A DNA stretch of 63,845 nucleotides, filler included. It is 4 parts of 4 records of this genome, joined end to end, with 100 filler letters (N's around TTAATTAATTAA, not from the genome) between each part and the next. Parts side by side here need not be neighbours in the genome. Positions count along the whole stretch, not along the records: positions 58,436 to 63,845 come from SRR2962707_2213; 3 more parts are not named here. One strand, written 5' to 3'. The translations under genes and the position numbers were made by a program. Positions 58,466 to 63,845 of this stretch are shown one piece after another; position 1 is the first letter of the stretch; each line of letters begins with the position of its first letter. Under the pieces are notes generated by a model. It was not told where the DNA came from. It searched no databases and worked only from the letters and a program-made list of their open reading frames with translations.

Positions 58466-59407
58466 TGCAGACTGACGCTCAATGTTGCGCGTGCCTGGTG
58501 GCGCTTCTTCGGGACTGTTTTCCTGCTCCTTTGCACGAAGTCCAGTTGCAACAACATGACGACGACGAAGTCCTCCTCGTTGCAGCAGGGCCGCCCCCGC
58601 CGCCTCCGCAGCAGCAGCAGCAGCAGCAATGGCGGCAACGGGCTGCCGATGGCCTTCGTCGTCAGCGGTGTCAACTTGTCCGGTTGTGTGATTTCTGCGC
58701 GAGCGAGTGCAACCGAGCGCAACAAGCGGAGGTGGCAACGTCGCCACAATAACTTGACAACTGCGGAAAAAGAGCAGGGCGTACTGCCTCATGAAGAAGC
58801 ACAGTCTGGGCTGGTTCATGACTATTGGCCATGCATGATGCGTGTGGTTGAGGATGTGCAACAACATGTGGCGAGGCGGGGAGGAGGGTGTCTTGATGAT
58901 GCAGGCTCTGCTACTAGCTGCAGCTCCTCCGAAACGCCATTTCGACAAACATGGGATATTGTTCAAGAGGCAAAGTCAGTCGGTGGGCGCACCGATGTCC
59001 CACTTGTGTTTTTCAACACTCAAACGCGAGCTGATAATTTACTGTTTTCCAGTCTCCAGGAGTCTGTGCGACAGGATTCGTCAAACTGGAAGCTCTGCGA
59101 CTGTAATGAGCACTGCGACGTTGTGGGAATGGATGCTGGGAATGGGCTGCGCTGCCATTGCCACGTGGCAAACCCATATTGTACTAAGGTTGGCGTGGAA
59201 TTTGCTGCGCTTGACTTGATTTCCAAGCAACGCATTGTAGCATTGTGTTTACTGAGAAATTTGCACTTTCGCTTAAACCTGTGTGGAAGGCAAGGGTACC
59301 GAGGCGAGTGTTCGTTGGCAGCTATTCTCGTGCAGCGGTTTGTATTTGGTGTTGGTTGTTGCGTCGGTTTCCGGTTTGCCATTGGGTCAGTCAAACTCGC
59401 TTACTGA
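58436..59407 (+). CDS. Possible coding exon(s) of an unidentified eukaryotic gene
   Basis: Frame open from contig start to 59407, with poly-Ser tracts; no recognisable motif; exon limits unknown. Confidence 0.3.
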   Translation, partial: SSSSSSSSSSCRLTLNVARAWWRFFGTVFLLLCTKSSCNNMTTTKSSSLQQGRPRRLRSSSSSSNGGNGLPMAFVVSGVNLSGCVISARASATERNKRRWQRRHNNLTTAEKEQGVLPHEEAQSGLVHDYWPCMMRVVEDVQQHVARRGGGCLDDAGSATSCSSSETPFRQTWDIVQEAKSVGGRTDVPLVFFNTQTRADNLLFSSLQESVRQDSSNWKLCDCNEHCDVVGMDAGNGLRCHCHVANPYCTKVGVEFAALDLISKQRIVALCLLRNLHFRLNLCGRQGYRGECSLAAILVQRFVFGVGCCVGFRFAIGSVKLAY

Positions 59408-60280
59408 CGATTGTTGCATGCGAAAATCGCACCAACAGGCTGGGCATGACACGGTAACACAATTCAGTTCCTTGATGCACTTGCTTCTCGAACAAATGCT
59501 ACCTTGGCAGAACTTTTACGTTTTGGTCACATTCATTTCAGGTCATGCGAAACAGCCCACTGACATTGGTGCTGTTGGAAGACCCGTTGGTGCGTGTCGC
59601 TTTCACAATGATTTCACCAGCGAACGGCGGCACCCCATTTTCTGCACGGGAGTTCTTCGTTGTTTTCTTCTTTTGACACCCTATTATTGTCTGTCGTCGC
59701 AATGCAGGCTCGTGCCATCGCAGGCTTTGAAAAGATTTTGCAAGATCAGCACCACCACCTCCACCACTTGTTCCATGTGCGTGCTCTTGCTGGTGTTCGA
59801 AATGGGTGCTAAAATTTCGACTTTCTCTGTATTTCAGGCCTTCAAAGCTTACTTATTTTGCAAATTTATGCGCAGGCTCAAAACGTGTCGCTGCTGGACT
59901 ATATCGCTCTGTTCAGGTGCCCTATTGTGTTTTGATAAAGTTTGTGCATTCCTTTTGGATTTCCCGGTTTCATGCACTCGTCTGCCGATTTTTATTGTCA
60001 GCTTATGCTGATGCCTGTCTCTCTCGCTGCGCTGGTGTAAACATGCGACTCTGAATCGTGTTCAGTTGTTCGCACTCTGTCAGTCGTTTGTCCCTTCTTC
60101 CTTGTGTCTGCCGCGGAAGCAAAGTATTTTCGAAACGGTAAAACTCAGCTTTGCGCTAAAGTGGTTCTCCGCTGTGACCTGCAGCTTTTCTCGTCGTGCA
60201 GAAAATTCGCAATGAATGAAGCCATTGGCGTCTCTTGCGTTTGAACTTTCGGTTGCGTTTTGTGGTTTTCGATGCCAAAG

Positions 60281-60963
60281 GTACAGCTACTTTGGCATGG
60301 GAGATGGGCAGGAAGACGTCTTGAGCGTTGCGGAAGTCCTTGCAAATACGAAAGAGCTAAACCTGAACTCTAGCGGCGGGAAGTGGAAAAATGTGCTTGC
60401 GCGGATGCAGGACAGTGAACAAAGTCCGCGAGATGCAGCCATTGTTGGCAACGCGTGTGGACCAGAGCATTTGCATTCAGCAAAGGTAATAGGCTACGAG
60501 TGTGTTGTTTCGTGTTTTCCTGTTGTCCGTGGCACTCCCTTCATGCTTTGTTGTTGCGGTCTTGCCTAGTTGCTGCTGCAGAACGCGCTGGTTGGGACCG
60601 TAAGCCACCTTTCTGAGTTCGCAAGACTCTTGAAGCACGTTTGGGGCCCGTTTGAGTTTAGTCACAGGCGCTGGAGCAGGTCGGACACCTTCGACGGTCG
60701 GTACCTATCAAGGGATTCGTTTATCAAGCACGCTCAAGTACTTGAATCTCATATCCGCGAAATTCAGGTAGCTTTCGGATCAACCCCTGGTCTGGAAAGA
60801 GGCTTTGTCTTCTGTAATTGTTCCACTTGTTGGCCATGTTGGCTTTCAAACTCTACGACCTCTGTCTTCATGCATGCAGGACGCGCTGGCAGACGAGTAC
60901 GACCTCTTTTTCTTGGCGGAGCATCTAGTCACCTGCCGAAATCGTCGTCACCACAGCACTTGA
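60281..60963 (+). CDS. Terminal three exons of an unidentified eukaryotic gene (about 60281-60485, 60570-60767, 60880-60963)
   Basis: Two phase-0 GT-AG pyrimidine-rich introns (60486-60569, 60768-60879) join into one open frame ending TGA at 60961. Confidence 0.5.
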
Positions 60964-61227
60964 TAACTTCGACCCGCACACACCGGCAGCAGGTCAGGTT
61001 CTCAGCCAGTGCGAGTGGGGTTAGTTCACGAAATGTTTCTTTTATGATCTATCATAAATTGTAACTTGGTTCATAAATCGGAACTTGGTTCATTAAGTTC
61101 GTAATCTACACATCTAATAGCCTCTGCCGCCATCGGCACGAAACCTCTCGCGTCGGCTCTGGTCCGCACTAATAAATACTGGTCTTTGACGAAACTGCCA
61201 CCTATATCTGTGTCGCCAATATGTACT

Positions 61228-63234
61228 TCAGTCGTCAAAAGTCAATTTTGTGCTCTTGGTCCCGATCAAACTTTCGTCAGGGCCGAAAGCACCGTATAGG
61301 TTGTGCAGCTTCTTCTTGGTGAACAGCGGGTAAGTTTTGATTTTTTCCGGCACTGGCTGGTTCGCCTCATTCAGAACGTTCACAAGCTGTCCGGCCAAAC
61401 TCTTGTTCTCATCGGTGAAGAATGTGTGCGAGATGCCAGTCTTTCCAGCTCGGCCTGTGGAGAGTAAGTCACACCAACAATACACAGGGAAACGGGATGA
61501 GCTTGGCGGACGGAAGACGATTAAGCAACGTTGACAGGTTGATTATCGGTTGGGCGATGGTTCAGAAACTCTCATGTCTCCATGAAAGAACGACGTTTCG
61601 TAACATGTGGGTTCTAATGTCCCTATCGGAGTAGCATCACTACCAGTCGCCCAAGCGAAATGCGAAACAGGCACGCATGTGGATAAAAAAACAAGCAAAA
61701 GCGCACCTGTACGACCGATGCGGTGGCAATAATCTTCGACAGTCAGAGGGAAGGAGTAGTTGATCACCACCTCGACATTGGGGATGTCCAAACCACGTGC
61801 AGCCACATCTGTTGCAATGAGCAGTGGGACTTTGCCGGACCGGAAGTCTTCTAGTGCTTGGGTGCGCTGAGCTTGTGGAACATCGCCGTGGATGGCTTCG
61901 ACATTGTATTTTGGTTGCCCTGGCCCTCGCCCAGGTCGCTTGAGCATGTTTGACAGCCAAGCAGCTTCTTTCTTGTACAAAACGAAAAGCAAGACGCGGT
62001 TCTTGCAGCCTGCGGAACCATGATACTTCTCCAGCACCTCATACAGCCGTGCTGTCCGCCTCGAGCCTCCAGATGGGCCTGGGAACACTTCGACTGTCTG
62101 AGTAACTCGCGAGTTGGCGCTCAAATCGAGGCTGCCCACATTGATGTGCACAACGTGATCCTTCATGAGCTGTGAAGCGAGCTTTTTTACTTCGTCTGGC
62201 CAGGTTGCACTGAACATGATGGTTTGTCGGTTTGGGGCACATTGGCCAACAATTTCCTTGATGTCGGGAGCAAAGCCATCGTCCAACATCCGGTCTGCCT
62301 CATCGAGAATCAAGAAACGGATTTGTGCAAGCGAGAGCAAATTGTCTCGTGCCATATGCACCAAGCGGCCACAGGTCGCCACTACAATGTCAATGTGCGT
62401 GGACTTGATCTTGCGGATCATTTGCCCCATGGGCACACCGCCGTAAACGCACATGCTAGTAATATCCATAAACTCAGATATCTCTTTCGCGACCACGTCA
62501 CTCTGCATCGCGAGCTCGCGTGTCGGGGCAATCACCAAGGCAAACGGCCCGTTCTTGACCGATTTCATTGTCGGGTCTTCTTCTTTCAACCGGAGAATTT
62601 TCAGGACCGCGGGCAGAAGAAAGGAAAGCGTCTTGCCAGAACCAGTTGCAGCAATTCCAATGACGTCACGACCCTGCAAGAGCGGGGACCAGCACTGCGA
62701 CTGAATGGGGCTAGGCTTCACGAACTTCTTCGACTTGAAATAGTCGAGGAAAGGCTGGGCAAAGGCGCCCAGCGTCGGTCGCAAGTCATCAAACTGTAAC
62801 ATTGGCTTGAACAAGTTCCAGGCGTCATTCGGCGGATGCAGCAGAATTTCGTGCTCGTCTCGGTGCGCCTTGACCTGCGCCTCCGTGAGTTGCTGCATAG
62901 CGACAGACTCAATGAAGCCATTCGAGTTCTTGGACGACGATGCAGGAGCTGGGGCACTGCTGCTGGCCGTTGACTCCTTCTTTTCTGGCTTCTTGGCCTT
63001 TTTGTCTTTCTTGGCTTTCTTGGCCGCCTTTTTCTCTTTCTTCAGCCGTTTTTTCTCCGCCTTGGCGGCGGCGGCAGTCGCTGCTGCAGCTGCGGCCGCA
63101 GCCTCTGCCTTTTTCTTGGCCTTCTTGGCCTTTTTCTTGGCCTTCTTGTCCTTCTTCCTCTGGGCCTCTGCCGCAAGGTCGGATCCGACGATTTCGTCGG
63201 CCTTGCGCTTCGTGGGGCGGGCGTCCTCGGACAT
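61228..63234 (-). CDS. DBP3: DEAD-box RNA helicase DBP3-like, 2 exons (63234-61707, 61454-61228), 584 aa
   Basis: Q motif, ATGSGKT, PTRELA, DEAD, SAT, ARGLD; intron 61706-61455 (GTGCGC...CCACAG) splits HRIGRTG/RAG; Lys-rich N-terminus; KKKLHNLYGAF..KLTFDD C-terminus. Confidence 0.9.
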
Positions 63235-63627
63235 TCTGTCTAGCTCAGCTCACACAGTCACTCAAGTCGCTCACGTCACCCTCCTTCCACAAAATACAAA
63301 ATTGGAGTGAAAGAGAGAAATATTTCCCACGACCTGCGTCGCACTGGGCTACAAACGATCAAAACCAAACGCCCTTTCGAAGAAGGTTCAGGCAGCAGGG
63401 ACCAGGTGGCAGCACGCAACGGAAAATGGCTCCTTGGATCTCAGATCGAAGACGCACCGAATCAACGGAGCCCCGAATCAAACATGCGTGCATCTCTCGC
63501 ACCTCGACCTCCTCGCTCACCATCTCTATCCTCTTCTCCCTCCACTTTTCCCCGGCTCTCTGGTGGTGCGTGCAGCGACGAAAAGAAAGAAGCTGTTGTC
63601 TCATGACAAAGTCGTGTTGAGTGAGTC

Positions 63628-63642
63628 GTGTGTGTGTGTGTG
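63628..63642. repeat. (GT)n microsatellite
   Basis: GTGTGTGTGTGTGTG. Confidence 0.85.
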
Positions 63643-63822
63643 CGATTGAGTGCGAGGGAGCGGAGTGTAAGGCTGGCCACCAACGTTGTCGAGATCCAGG
63701 GTGTTTTGGCCATGCCACACGCCTAACTAGAATCTCGATAAAGACATTCAAAAGCACGTACCAAATGGGTAATATGTACATATTTAAAGAATCTCCAACG
63801 TTTCCGTTGCGGCCATCCAGGC

Positions 63823-63845
63823 TGAGTGAGTGAGTGAGTGAGTGA
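63823..63845. repeat. (TGAG)n microsatellite at window end
   Basis: More than five TGAG units running off the end. Confidence 0.85.

Noticed and set aside
62807-63310. Hydrophobic Phe/Leu/Ala-rich ORF as a membrane protein
   Set aside because: Antisense read of the Lys/Ala-rich DBP3 N-terminus
58436-63845. Eukaryote-to-bacterium gene transfer of DBP3
   Set aside because: Separate contig beyond an artificial linker, with introns and microsatellites
63823-63845. Telomeric repeat
   Set aside because: (TGAG)n is a short tetranucleotide microsatellite, not a G-rich telomere unit I recognise

Overview
This window is not one genome. It holds four unrelated contigs joined by artificial 100-bp linkers (N44-TTAATTAATTAA-N44 at 19186-19285, 38161-38260 and 58336-58435). 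Taxonomic labels below are inferred from gene content and composition only. Contig 1 (1-19185, GC-rich alphaproteobacterium, Rhizobiales-like): an N-type (Na+) F-ATPase operon atpDCQRBEFAG; a FixK/Fnr-type regulator with a perfect FNR box; an FAH-family hydrolase; an iron cluster preceded by an Irr/ICE box (Cys-rich protein, imelysin, bfd, bfr, di-heme DUF1111, imelysin, DUF1513); and the start of a chemotaxis operon. Contig 2 (19286-38160, Marinobacter-like gammaproteobacterium): 3' end of nrdB; LysR/mmsA/GMC dehydrogenase; LysR plus desaturase; a five-gene ECF-sigma module; KefB/C; a large GlyGly-CTERM surface protein; an NAD(P)H dehydrogenase; an HDAC-family protein; and ahpC with an OxyR box. 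Contig 3 (38261-58335, AT-rich Bacteroidota): an M16 peptidase pair; PfkB; GDPD; a metallophosphoesterase; a YHS lipoprotein; a T9SS-secreted FG-GAP protein next to a TPR-kinase/LytTR pair with three repeats at a 21-bp period; a DabBA inorganic-carbon pump (dabA broken by a 1-nt homopolymer frameshift) opposite a CbbR-like LysR; and tRNA-Val(TAC). Contig 4 (58436-63845, eukaryote): a two-exon DBP3 helicase and an unidentified spliced gene. The best candidate for an undescribed system is the ECF module at 25906-30214. It encodes a secreted low-complexity protein, an outer-membrane beta-barrel, a subtilase, an ECF sigma and an anti-sigma, and all three of its transcription units carry an identically spaced GGAAT-N15-CCGT promoter motif.
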